Positions 28,845 through 39,407 of a stretch of 41,769 bases of DNA are shown here, in pieces. The notes beneath the pieces were generated by a model that saw only the letters and a list, made by a program, of their open reading frames with translations, was not told the DNA's origin and searched no databases. The stretch lies in sequence record DRR723986_7890; one strand, written 5' to 3'. The translations under genes and the position numbers were made by a program. The stretch's first letter is position 1. Every line of letters starts with the position of its first letter.

Positions 28845-29459
28845 CTAGCCTATTAGGTTCACGCCCGAACCTACTGGTGCAAGACTGGCCAGCGCTCGCG
28901 AATCAGCTTATTCATTTAGTGCGTCTGCCAATGGAAGTGGTTCCAAACCACCGGCAGTCTCGCTTTGGCGGGTGCACTCGGAATCTATTCTCACGCCAGT
29001 CTAAATACCGCGGATCTCTTCACACCGAGCCTCTTCTATGAAGGCTCGAATCGGGAAACTGACCAGCTCGAAGATCTGCAGCTCGGTGCGAAGTCCCTGG
29101 AAGTGTCCTGCGAACCCTACCTGACTGGCAAGGAATCCTTTCCAGGCCAATTAGACGCCCGGAACTACTCCATCTGTGGATTTGCCACACGACATTTCGG
29201 GGGCAAAACCGCCAGGGCTATCAACTTTGGTTGTTGAGTCTGAACCTGGGCCACGAGATTCCAACGACGACCTGGTTGGCAACCGCCTAAGAGCCAAACG
29301 CACTTGGCGATGCAAGCATTGCCGCCGAGGCGTACAATGGGACAAATGGTCGGGCTGGACGGTTCCGTGGCACCACCCCAATCGTCTATTTGCTTGATTC
29401 CGCGCACCAGAGAATTCGTTCCAGAAGCTAATAATTTGCCTGCTGAGCCAAGAGAGATC

Positions 29460-29978
29460 GTGAGTAACCAGGAAGAACCATCCGAAGATAAGTCACTCGG
29501 CAGAGTCGAGGTTTCTCAAACTCCGATCCAGCGTTTTGAAGAGTACCTGCTGGCGAGAGGGCAACGAAAGACGAAGCAAAAGACTTACCTTGTGGAGCAA
29601 GTCTTCAGTCGGCACGAGCATTTTGACGCCGATCAACTCATCGACCAATTGCCGAGCAAAGGCGATGAAAACTACGTCAGCCGTCCAACTGTCTATCGGA
29701 CGCTCAAAGAATTTGTCGAAGCGGGACTACTGAGAAGTTTTGAGCTCAATGGCAGAAGTGTCTACGAGCACGATTACGGCTACCCAGAGCACGACCACTT
29801 CTATTGCATTAAGTGCAATGAACTGACTGAGTTTCAATCGGAAGAACTCGCTCAGTTGCGCGACTCTATCGCTCGCAACCATCGATTTCGTGTGCGAAGC
29901 CACCGCTTGATCATTCAAGGCATCTGCCATGAGTGCAGTAGTCGCCGTAGCAAGAGACGCAGCCAAGACCGCGTCTAA
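29460..29978 (+). CDS. fur: Fur-family transcriptional regulator
   Basis: HFDADQL, VSRPTVYRTL, EHDHFYCIKC, GICHEC. Start reassigned to GTG 29460. Confidence 0.9.
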   Translation: MSNQEEPSEDKSLGRVEVSQTPIQRFEEYLLARGQRKTKQKTYLVEQVFSRHEHFDADQLIDQLPSKGDENYVSRPTVYRTLKEFVEAGLLRSFELNGRSVYEHDYGYPEHDHFYCIKCNELTEFQSEELAQLRDSIARNHRFRVRSHRLIIQGICHECSSRRSKRRSQDRV

Positions 29979-30034
29979 TGGATTTGCTCACCTCGCGTAC
30001 GCGAGTCGATTGTGGGAAGTGGCCAAGCTGCGGC

Positions 30035-30745
30035 CTAGCAGGTTGATGAACCTGATTCTTCAGATTCCATTCCCAACCGCATCGTTAGCTGCTGGAACTG
30101 TTCGTACATCTGGTCGCTACTCGTGTGAACATGCTCAGCTTCGGTAATGAAGCGAATGTCTTCATCGACGTAAACATCGTGAGCAATCATGACACGCTCG
30201 TATGACTCCAACGGTGAACCGTAGGCGATAACAAGCTTGTGCTCATCGAGCTGAACTTCCTGCTGTCGCTTGGGATTCAGTACCGCGATGCCGGTGCAGC
30301 CATCGTTGAGCAGCATGTCCTCAAAATCGTAGAGGATGCTTTTCAAGACTGGCATATCGATGTGTTCTCGATAATGGTCCTGATGCCCGCCAGAATGGTA
30401 ATGACTGGTTTCAAGTACAACATCGACAACTGGGCCGAGTGTATCAATCATTTCGATAAAGAGATCGAACAAGCGTTCCTTTGAGGCTGCTGCCATTACA
30501 ACAGGAACCTTGGCCTGGCTGCTTGGGTCGACATAGGTGTCGTGCCGAAAGCCTTGTTTTGGAACAATTTTAAGGTCGACCGATGGGCGAACGGCTCCCG
30601 TTAGTTCGAAAACTCCGTAACAGGAAACCTCTAGGTGAGCTTCCAACTGCTCATCACTCAGGCTTCCGAAACTGGTTAGAGCGTCCGCCTTGTTGCTACT
30701 TGCTGAAGCGGAACTGGTCGTTTGGGAGCGTTGCTGCGAGCCCAT
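30035..30745 (-). CDS. Hypothetical protein (globular, His/Asp/Glu-rich motifs)
   Basis: 236-aa ORF with protein-like composition (VDVVLETSH, YREHIDMPVLKS, LLNDGCTGIAV, QLDEHK, EAEHVH); AAGAGAAG upstream. Confidence 0.8.
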   Translation of the reverse strand: MGSQQRSQTTSSASASSNKADALTSFGSLSDEQLEAHLEVSCYGVFELTGAVRPSVDLKIVPKQGFRHDTYVDPSSQAKVPVVMAAASKERLFDLFIEMIDTLGPVVDVVLETSHYHSGGHQDHYREHIDMPVLKSILYDFEDMLLNDGCTGIAVLNPKRQQEVQLDEHKLVIAYGSPLESYERVMIAHDVYVDEDIRFITEAEHVHTSSDQMYEQFQQLTMRLGMESEESGSSTC

Positions 30746-31061
30746 CGTTCTTCTCTTGGTTAGACAATTTTTTGGGGGGAGCTGTAAGTTTCGAAATCGA
30801 AACCACGACGTTCTGTTGCTTTGTCAGCCACACCCAAAGCTAGGTCACCTGTGATCAAGGTCTGGAAGAAGCCCAAAAGTTGCGACTTTTCCCAGCCCAT
30901 TTGAGCTAGCTAATCATCAAATACGTCACAATCGGCTCGACGAATTGCTCTCGATGCCGAAAGTCAACTTGTTACATGTACAATTGATTCCGATTCGCAT
31001 CACTGTGATTAGCCTCAATTGAATCTGTTCACTCCGCCTCTCAAACCGATGGGTCGCTACG

Positions 31062-32756
31062 TTGCGTTGCTCTAGCAAAATATTCGCCCTTTCTGCACTC
31101 GCGCTCTTCGTTTTGAGTGGGTGTGATTCCAAGCCGACACCCAAACCAACAAGCAGCACCGGAGACACGACGGATCTGCTCGCACCACTCAGCGAGCGGC
31201 TTGCCGCACAAGCTGAACGCGAGGCACAGGAAAAAGCTGCTAACGGAACCGAGGACGATTCATCGGAGCCGTCACCGGATGAAGGTCTGCTTTCCGAGTC
31301 CGGGAAGAAGCCGTGGATTACCGCAGAGGAACTTCCCTGGAATGCGAACTTTCTACAGTTCGTTGATGGACGGCGGATCGGCTACACCGAGCTGAAAGTC
31401 TTACCGCCGGCCATGTCCTCCAGCCGTCGAATCAATGTCATCCGAAACGACTCGGTCGAATTCACTCGCGCCGGTAGCGCTATCCGAGTCCAAGTTGCCA
31501 TGGATGGACTCGAAATCAATGATGGCCGGTTGGACTCGTTCACCGAAACGACCATCAATGGTGAACGCGAAATCATCACAACGGGCAAGCTCTCTCGCGG
31601 TGTCCTGTCGTTGAATACAACAATGGGCGACACGACCAAGAATGAGAAGATCGATGTCGAAATCGGCGTATGGGGCCTGATGGGCATGCAAGCGGTGCTC
31701 ATGAGCGAACCGATGAAACCGGGGCAAAAGCGGAAAGCAAAGTATTACGTTCACTCCCTCCGCAAGGTCGTCGACGCGGAATTCACTGCCCTGGAACCTG
31801 AGATGACAGCCATGCTCGACGGGTCCAAGCTAGAGCTGATTCCCATCGATGTCGTTCAAATGGCGAGCGAGGAGAACGGTCTGCGTTCTCGGAACTGGGT
31901 TAACGAGCGCGGCGAACTCTACAAGACTGTTTCCTTCAGCGGCTTAAACATCAGTTGGTTCCGCACCACCACAGACGTGCTCAACAGCATTCGCGATGGT
32001 TACCGCATTCGCGGCGGCGAATTCGAACTGACCATGCCGATCAAGGGCGATACGAGCGGCATCGATGCTTCGACGCGGCGAATCGTTTTCAGTGTTGATG
32101 GCCTGCGCGATGATCCCTTCCAAGCGTTTGCTTCTGAAGGACATCAGCAAATGAAATCGGTAACGGCTCGATCCAGCACGCTGACAACCGTTTCCGCCAC
32201 GCCAGAAGAACTGCCCTCGCCTTCGGCACCCGAAGATATCCAGCAATACCTGGCATCGTCCAAAACAATCGACTCCGAGAGCAGAGCGCTAAAAACGATC
32301 GCCGACGGTTGGATCAGTGGTGACTCAGCGACCGAAAAAGCTGCTTCGCTTGTTCAGTCATTTGCGTCGGAGTTTGAAGAGCTGCCTGAACTGCAACCTG
32401 AAGTGAGGACCTCGTACCAGTTGACCACATCAAAGAAGGCTGACGTCCTAGAAGCAGCGCGACTTTGCACCGCAATGCTGCGAACCCAGGAAATTCCAAC
32501 TCGCATCGCAGCCGGAGCTGTTCTTGATGTTGATTCGCAAACCCTTCAATTCCACGCCTGGATCGAGGCATGGGTCGACGACAAGTGGGTTGGTTTGGAT
32601 CCGACGTCAGGAAAACAAATCGGTGCACGACACATCAAGTTCGGTGATTCTGCGATGGCGACAGCCAACCCCTTTGAACTTCTCTTTGATGTCATCGAGC
32701 AATTTGAGAACTACGACTTCTCAATCAGCAGCGTAACTGGCTCGGCCGCTGAGTAG
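31062..32756 (+). CDS. Lipoprotein with C-terminal transglutaminase-like domain (catalytic Cys missing)
   Basis: Lipobox VLSG/C; LR..EIPTRIAAG, FHAWIEAW, WVGLDPT motifs. Confidence 0.85.
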   Translation: MRCSSKIFALSALALFVLSGCDSKPTPKPTSSTGDTTDLLAPLSERLAAQAEREAQEKAANGTEDDSSEPSPDEGLLSESGKKPWITAEELPWNANFLQFVDGRRIGYTELKVLPPAMSSSRRINVIRNDSVEFTRAGSAIRVQVAMDGLEINDGRLDSFTETTINGEREIITTGKLSRGVLSLNTTMGDTTKNEKIDVEIGVWGLMGMQAVLMSEPMKPGQKRKAKYYVHSLRKVVDAEFTALEPEMTAMLDGSKLELIPIDVVQMASEENGLRSRNWVNERGELYKTVSFSGLNISWFRTTTDVLNSIRDGYRIRGGEFELTMPIKGDTSGIDASTRRIVFSVDGLRDDPFQAFASEGHQQMKSVTARSSTLTTVSATPEELPSPSAPEDIQQYLASSKTIDSESRALKTIADGWISGDSATEKAASLVQSFASEFEELPELQPEVRTSYQLTTSKKADVLEAARLCTAMLRTQEIPTRIAAGAVLDVDSQTLQFHAWIEAWVDDKWVGLDPTSGKQIGARHIKFGDSAMATANPFELLFDVIEQFENYDFSISSVTGSAAE

Positions 32757-32828
32757 GAGCGACTGAGTAGGAGCAAACCGGGTAGAGACACCCCGGGCGG
32801 GTCAACTGTTGGCGAGTGCAAACGAAGA

Positions 32829-33257
32829 CTATCCCTGTCGCTTCTTTAAGTGCTGAGAAACGGCATCCACCAGCGGATCGATTGTTTGTGATTGAATCGA
32901 TTCCGAGGGCGGCCAATCCTGCCACTCGTAGCCGACGTGCTCTGTCAGCTTGATATCGCACGGCTCGGCAATGTAGCCCAGAAAATACGTCGACCGCTTT
33001 AGATAGTCGCCGCGCTTCTTTCCGCTGACTTCGTATTCCAACCAGAATTCAAAGTCCTCATCCAGCTCAATTTTCTTGCGTTTGATTCCCGTCTCTTCCT
33101 CGGTTTCGCGGAGAGCCGTTTCGACCAACGTTTCCCCTTCGTCGGCGTGTCCCTTTGGGAGATCCCAGCGGTTCTTATGCTTCATGAGCAAGAACTGCAC
33201 CGGTTGGCTTCGGGTCATCAAAAAAATTCCCGCAGCATGGACTGTCTCTGAACGCAT
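32829..33257 (-). CDS. Nudix hydrolase, asymmetric bis(5'-nucleosyl)-tetraphosphatase-like
   Basis: WDLPKGHADEGETLVETALRETEEETGI Nudix box; LTEHVGYEW. Confidence 0.88.
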   Translation of the reverse strand: MRSETVHAAGIFLMTRSQPVQFLLMKHKNRWDLPKGHADEGETLVETALRETEEETGIKRKKIELDEDFEFWLEYEVSGKKRGDYLKRSTYFLGYIAEPCDIKLTEHVGYEWQDWPPSESIQSQTIDPLVDAVSQHLKKRQG

Positions 33258-33341
33258 GGCTGGCCACCGCTATATCGTCTAAAGTAAAACCGTCGTAACT
33301 CGCAAGCGAGCAACCAAGAACTGGAAACTCCCCTCGGTCAC

Positions 33342-33391
33342 ACCGACTGCTGCAGGCACAGAGTGCTGCAAACCGACTGCTGCAGGTACAG
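33342..33391. repeat. 20-bp direct repeat, 30-bp period
   Basis: ACCGACTGCTGCAGG(C/T)ACAG at 33342 and 33372. Confidence 0.8.
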
Positions 33392-33628
33392 GCTCCCTTG
33401 GGATACTGCCTGCGGTGCACACAGCCTACGACATGTAGCGAGCTTCGAGGAGGCCATGGAGGGTGATTGCCACCTGTTAGCGGATTGCTGCTGCAGAAAA
33501 TGACACACACCGGCGGACAAGCGATCACTCCAATGAATCGCCGTCTCACTGAAATTGTATCGTGACTCAGGCAAGAGCCTCGTGCCCTGCCAGCAACTAG
33601 CGAACTATCTGAAACCTGTACAACACAA

Positions 33629-34213
33629 ATGAAGATTTATACGAAGACCGGTGATGACGGTACGACCGGGTTGTTTGCTGGCGGACGAGTCTCGAAAGTG
33701 CATCCCCGCATCTGCGCCTATGGTACCGTCGACGAATTGAACGCTGTTCTCGGCTCGGCCGCCACCCAACTTACCAAGGGCGACGGGCTGCCGGCGAACG
33801 CCTTGCCCAGTGGCGAAGGCACGCTTGCCGAACGGTTGTTGCGCATCCAGTCTGATTTGTTTTGCCTGGGAGCTGAGCTGGCGACGCCGAATCCGGACGA
33901 GCACGGCATGCGCATGCTGCCCGAAGCAAGTCTCGCGGCCCTCGAGGCGACAATTGACCTGCTGGAAGCCGAATTGCCCGAGCTAAAGACGTTTATTTTG
34001 CCCGGCGGTACCGAATTGGCCGCCAGTCTGCACATTGCCCGCACCGTTTGCCGGCGAGCTGAGCGTGAAGTGGTTGCACTGGCCGCGGATACGGACTGCG
34101 ATTGTGAACAAGTACTGATCTACCTGAACCGCCTCAGCGACCTGCTGTTTGTCATGGCAAGATGGGCAAATCACGCTGCAGGCTTGAAAGACGTCGCCTG
34201 GGAAGGCAACTAG
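33629..34213 (+). CDS. PduO-type ATP:cob(I)alamin adenosyltransferase
   Basis: MKIYTKTGDDGTT, YGTVDELN, FILPGG, ARTVCRRAER, YLNRLSDLLFVMAR. Confidence 0.95.
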   Translation: MKIYTKTGDDGTTGLFAGGRVSKVHPRICAYGTVDELNAVLGSAATQLTKGDGLPANALPSGEGTLAERLLRIQSDLFCLGAELATPNPDEHGMRMLPEASLAALEATIDLLEAELPELKTFILPGGTELAASLHIARTVCRRAEREVVALAADTDCDCEQVLIYLNRLSDLLFVMARWANHAAGLKDVAWEGN

Positions 34214-34442
34214 CTGGGCACTTTTTGCCCCTCGGATTCCGATACTGACTTCGAGCGGGTAAACTGAAGCATCCGAAATTGGCTTGCTTCCAGTATTTAG
34301 CTGATAGTGCCTGGACGCAATGAGCGCTCGGCCTGGGGCTGAGAGCCGCCCAAAACAGGAAATCATCGCCGCCTCGATGAGGTTGGTGAAATTATAGAAC
34401 TAGAAATCGAAATTCAATCCACTCGGCGTAACGTAACGCTAG

Positions 34443-34805
<363 letters not shown>

Positions 34806-34974
34806 GCTTTGGGCCAACGTCTGCTCCGGCATGCTCTTCATGTGGCCGGTACACTTGTCTACGCCTCAAGTCGCTCGTCCTTTTCTCAAATCGCGTGCGC
34901 GTCGCTGGTAGGATTCTCCGTCCCTAACACTGCAAGGACGCCTGCGAGTCGATCTTTACACAGGGTGTAACTGC

Positions 34975-37641
34975 ATGTCTTCTGCCGGTGGGTTACCGCC
35001 CGAAGTTCTCGAAGCCCGAAAACGCATTGATGAAGGACGGCAGCGCCTGCGGGCGCAGCATGATGCTGGCGCGGGTGGCTTGCACATATGCGTCCGTATG
35101 ACTGACCTGGCCGACGCTGTGGTGCTTGACCTGTTTGACGCCGCATTGCGCAGAGCCGGCGTAGATCAAGATGCAGGTGGTCTGACCCTGGTGGCCCATG
35201 GCGGCTACGGTCGTCGCGACCTTAGTCCGTTCTCGGACATTGACCTCATGCTTCTTTATCACAAGTCGCGTGAGAACGACGCCCACGAAGTTGCGAAATA
35301 CCTATCGCCCTGGATCTCCGACGTTGGCTTTCAGCTAGGGTTTTCTTTTCGCTCGCCTGTGGAGTCTCTAAAACTTGCCTGGCAAGACGCAAAGACCTTC
35401 AGCTCGCTTGCCGAAAGCCGCTTCTTAGCTGGCAGCATCGAACTCTACACCGGTTACATCAAATCCCTACATCAGGGAACCAAACGCCGGTGGCGGAAGT
35501 TGACAGCAAAGGTAGTCGCCGCCCGACGTGAAGAGCAACGAAAGTACGGCGAGACCGTCTACTTGCTTGAGCCCAACATTAAACGATCGCGCGGTTGCCT
35601 GAGAGACATCCAGCTTGTTCGTTGGGTTGGATTTGCAAAGTGCCAAGAAACCGACCTAGAAGAACTTGCCCATCTGGGACACCTATTGGTCGAAGATCAC
35701 CAAGCGCTGCGGAAGGGCTACGAATACCTGCTCCGCTTGCGCAACCAGATGCACTTTGACGCCGGCAAGGCGCAGGATCAGCTAGACCGCGGCTTGCAAA
35801 TGCGACTAGCCGAACGAGCTGGGTTCGAGGGCGAGGAAGGCATTCTGCCCGTTGAACAGTTCATGAAGCAATACTTTGAACACACCAGTGAAGTCCGCTA
35901 CTCTAGCTCTCACTTTGTTGATCTCGCTCGACGTGAGTCACAGCTAGCGAAGACTCTCGGGCGTACGCTAGCGTTCTCCGTGCACACCGACTTTCGCGTG
36001 GGACTGCGGCACGTATTTGCTACCAAGAGTGGAATGGAACGGCTCAAACGCGATCCAGCCAGCGTTCTCGAGCTGATGAGTATATCCAGCCAGTACGACA
36101 AACCAATTGAACACCAAACCTGGCGAGAAATCCGCGCTGCAATGAAAACGCGTGAGGTTGCCGATATCATCGACGCCGTCACGATCAAGCGGTTCATGGA
36201 ACTGCTTGCAAGTTCGGGGAATCTCGCCGAGCAACTTCGACGATTGCACGAACTGCGAGTTCTTGAGCAGATTGTCCCCGGCATGACGCACGCCCGTTGC
36301 CTGCTGCAGTTCAACCAGTATCACAAGTACACCGTCGATGCACACTCTATTCGTGCCGTTGAGTGCGTGACGGACCTTGATACGGACAACTCGCTGCTAG
36401 GTGTCATCTATCGCGGCTTGAAGAACAAATCGATTTTGCACCTAGCACTCCTGATCCATGATCTCGGAAAAGGATTCCCGGAAGATCACAGCGAGGTTGG
36501 ACGCCGAATTGCGGACAAGACAGCCGTACGCTTGCGATTGTCTGAACAAGATCGCGAAACGCTGATGTTCCTGGTGCACAAACACTTGCTCCTTGCTCAC
36601 ACGGCGTTCCGATTCGATTTGAGTGATAATCAGTCTGCTGTAAAGTTCGCAGCCGAGGTAGGCTCGAGCGAACGACTACAACTGCTCCTTCTGCTGACCT
36701 ACGCCGACTTAGCAAGTGTTGGCCCGGACGTTGTCAATCAGTGGAAAGTGGATTTGCTTCTGCAGCTTTATTACCAAACTGATTCACACTTTCGCGACGA
36801 TAAGCCCGGCGAAGGCTTCCGCGGTGAGATTGCTGCTCGGCGACAAACAATCCTCAAGGCGGTCCCCACCGAACTTACCGCCCCCGAAACGGACTCCGTT
36901 GGCAGCCGTTCTTGGTGGGAAAAGCAGATTGCTGAACTGCCGATTGGCTACTTGATGCGAACCGCGCCCCAACGGGCCGTCCAAGAAGTAGCAAAGCTTC
37001 GCGACCTAGGCGATAACTCGTCGATTAGCTGGGGTAGGTATGTCGAATCCCTGAAAGCGGTCGAGTACACGATTGCGAGCCGGCAGTCAGGAAAGTCGAT
37101 CGGAGTCTTCCACCGAATCACCGGTGCAATAACCAGTCTTGGCATGCGGATCAACGCCGCAGACATCCACACTCAACCAGGAGGAATCGCCTGGGATCGA
37201 TTCCTGGTCGAAGACGAGCAATTTGAGGGAGCCCCGCCCGATGGACGAATTGACGAAGTATGCGAAAAGATAAACCTAGCAATTTCGCCAGAGGAAGAAC
37301 TCTCGCCGACTTTCCCAGCGAATTGGCTGCAACGCAAAAAGCAGTCCGAAAAACTGCGTACACAGCCAACGCAAGTCCGTTTTGACAACGCCACGAGCGA
37401 CAACCATACGATCATCACGCTATTCGCGTATGACAAACTAGGATTGCTCTACGCCGTTTCAAAAGCTCTCTACGAAATGCAGTTGGTCTTGCACTCGGCC
37501 AAAATCTCGACGCACCTCGACCAAGTCGTTGACGTGTTCTACGTGTCTGGGACGGACGACGAAAAAATAACCGAAAGTACGCGGCTGTACATGATCCGCC
37601 AACGTCTGCTGCAGGCGGCCGACAACCCGCTGCGGCGTTAA
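34975..37641 (+). CDS. glnD: [Protein-PII] uridylyltransferase/uridylyl-removing enzyme
   Basis: GGYGRRDLSPFSDIDL nucleotidyltransferase motif, LEPNIK, HKYTVDAH...IHDLGKG HD domain, two C-terminal ACT domains. Confidence 0.96.
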   Translation: MSSAGGLPPEVLEARKRIDEGRQRLRAQHDAGAGGLHICVRMTDLADAVVLDLFDAALRRAGVDQDAGGLTLVAHGGYGRRDLSPFSDIDLMLLYHKSRENDAHEVAKYLSPWISDVGFQLGFSFRSPVESLKLAWQDAKTFSSLAESRFLAGSIELYTGYIKSLHQGTKRRWRKLTAKVVAARREEQRKYGETVYLLEPNIKRSRGCLRDIQLVRWVGFAKCQETDLEELAHLGHLLVEDHQALRKGYEYLLRLRNQMHFDAGKAQDQLDRGLQMRLAERAGFEGEEGILPVEQFMKQYFEHTSEVRYSSSHFVDLARRESQLAKTLGRTLAFSVHTDFRVGLRHVFATKSGMERLKRDPASVLELMSISSQYDKPIEHQTWREIRAAMKTREVADIIDAVTIKRFMELLASSGNLAEQLRRLHELRVLEQIVPGMTHARCLLQFNQYHKYTVDAHSIRAVECVTDLDTDNSLLGVIYRGLKNKSILHLALLIHDLGKGFPEDHSEVGRRIADKTAVRLRLSEQDRETLMFLVHKHLLLAHTAFRFDLSDNQSAVKFAAEVGSSERLQLLLLLTYADLASVGPDVVNQWKVDLLLQLYYQTDSHFRDDKPGEGFRGEIAARRQTILKAVPTELTAPETDSVGSRSWWEKQIAELPIGYLMRTAPQRAVQEVAKLRDLGDNSSISWGRYVESLKAVEYTIASRQSGKSIGVFHRITGAITSLGMRINAADIHTQPGGIAWDRFLVEDEQFEGAPPDGRIDEVCEKINLAISPEEELSPTFPANWLQRKKQSEKLRTQPTQVRFDNATSDNHTIITLFAYDKLGLLYAVSKALYEMQLVLHSAKISTHLDQVVDVFYVSGTDDEKITESTRLYMIRQRLLQAADNPLRR

Positions 37642-38043
37642 GATTTCCAATCGGGCAAACTATCCGGCCCACTTGGCTGCCCCGATGCCAGCCCGTTCTG
37701 CCCAGTCGCTACGCCTTGCGCGATCGATATCGAATCGCCAATCATACACGTCGCCGCATCCATGTCGACCTGATGTCCGTAGTTGGTTTGGAAGAGAATT
37801 TCGCCCGTGCTAATTTGCAATCTACCGCCGTGGGTGGCATTGTTTATCGAGCACCAACGATGCCCGCTGCAACACCAGCCTTGCAGTCTCTAAGTGGTTT
37901 ACGTTACCACGAATCAGGGATTCGTTCGTGGTGCCCTTTCCCAATGTGTCAAATCACTGAGTGATCTTTTTACGATGAACTTAACTGTTCTCGATCACTC
38001 GCCATGGATTCGGCCTTGCCACACTCGCGTGAAGGGTACCAAT

Positions 38044-38916
38044 ATGAAAATTCGAATATTCGCTATCGGCATTGCACTCTCCGCAATTGCTCCAGGCTAC
38101 GTATGCGCCCAACAGTTCAGCGCTTCTGGCAACGTAGACTTGACTCCTTCCGCGAGCGATTTGCAGTTCAGTGGATCAAGCCGAAGTGCTGAAATCGGCC
38201 CGGCCGACGGCATTTCCCTGGAGGCGTCTGACGATCTCAGCCGGGAACCCAAATCATTGCCGGTCGCTATCCACGGCCAAGATCATGTGAACAACGCACT
38301 TGATGCGGCTGCTCTCGGCAACGTTCCCCACGTTTGCGACACGCCAGTCGTTTGGCAGCAGCAACAAATGGGCGGTCGAAATGGTCAGCGATCCGCGATC
38401 ATGCACGTGCTACTACGTGACGACTGCAACTATGCAGCGCTGTGGTCTGGCTATCCTGCCGAAAGAGCGCAGGAGTGTGCTCACATGTGGTCGAAACTCA
38501 ACCGACAATCCGGCTGCAAGTCCTGCAATGCGGGCTGCGGATGCGACTCGGCCGTTTCACTAGCCCCGCGAGAGCGACACCGCCCGCTGAATCGGTACCG
38601 CCAACAACCATGCGATTCGTGCGACGCGCTGGCTCAAGCACGTGCTCTGCCCTCGCCACAACAGAACACTCAATTAGCATCTCATCCAATGCAGCCTGCT
38701 GCTCAGCAGACTGCACACTCGTACGCTCGGCCCGCAGACGGAACTCATCCTTCGGCTGCGAATCAACCGGCGGTTCCTCGTCAGGCTACCCCGCCACAAA
38801 CGGTGCCTGGCAGGACCTCTCCTTCGCAACCGCGTGCTAACCTGGGCCGTCCGCCATACACGGCCTCAGCAACTCCACACCAGCATGCGGCTGTGCCCGT
38901 TAGCTACCGCCGTTAA
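38044..38916 (+). CDS. Secreted Cys-rich, Pro/Gln-tailed hypothetical protein
   Basis: Signal peptide MKIRIFAIGIALSAIAPGYVCA; GCKSCNAGCGCD and PCDSCD motifs. Start reassigned to ATG 38044. Confidence 0.7.
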   Translation: MKIRIFAIGIALSAIAPGYVCAQQFSASGNVDLTPSASDLQFSGSSRSAEIGPADGISLEASDDLSREPKSLPVAIHGQDHVNNALDAAALGNVPHVCDTPVVWQQQQMGGRNGQRSAIMHVLLRDDCNYAALWSGYPAERAQECAHMWSKLNRQSGCKSCNAGCGCDSAVSLAPRERHRPLNRYRQQPCDSCDALAQARALPSPQQNTQLASHPMQPAAQQTAHSYARPADGTHPSAANQPAVPRQATPPQTVPGRTSPSQPRANLGRPPYTASATPHQHAAVPVSYRR

Positions 38917-39407
38917 GTCCAACGGTTCGCCGGTGATAATGACTAGTCTCGTTGAAAGCCACTCAACGCTAAGAATTAGTCAAGCAGTTTTTTTAAAATT
39001 GCCTCATCGCGACAGCCAGCAACGGACGATACAGGTAGTACCACGGATTGGGAGGGTGGAACAGATTCTCAGATTCTGTTCCAGCGACATAAATGGTCAT
39101 GGTGTGACGATGGAGCGGCATATCATGACCATTTTTCATGCGCCACTCAGGTGCATCTCTTTACCAAGCGGCCGATCTCCCAAGTGGCTCCTTTCCGATG
39201 CGCGCGTCGAGTGTCACCTGCTCCCATCCGGTAGACACCGCAAATATCTTCCCCCCCGCACCTCATTCTGATTGTTTGCCAGCAATTGCGGAACACCGCA
39301 GTCGGATAGTTTCACGAAGGTAGTTCAACGTAGGTTGCAGCGCCATGGATACGGCAGCGACCAATTGCGCCCGCAGCTAGACGGCGAGCGAGGACTCTAC
39401 TGGGAGG

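Noticed and set aside
33258-33628. Cobalamin riboswitch or CRISPR array upstream of the PduO-type gene
   Set aside because: No B12-box or AGGGAA core; repeats are only two good copies with a 10-bp spacer, and there are no cas genes
38917-39407. ORFs 38834..39271 and 39138..39323 in the spacer before the OMP gene
   Set aside because: No RBS, motif or protein-like composition
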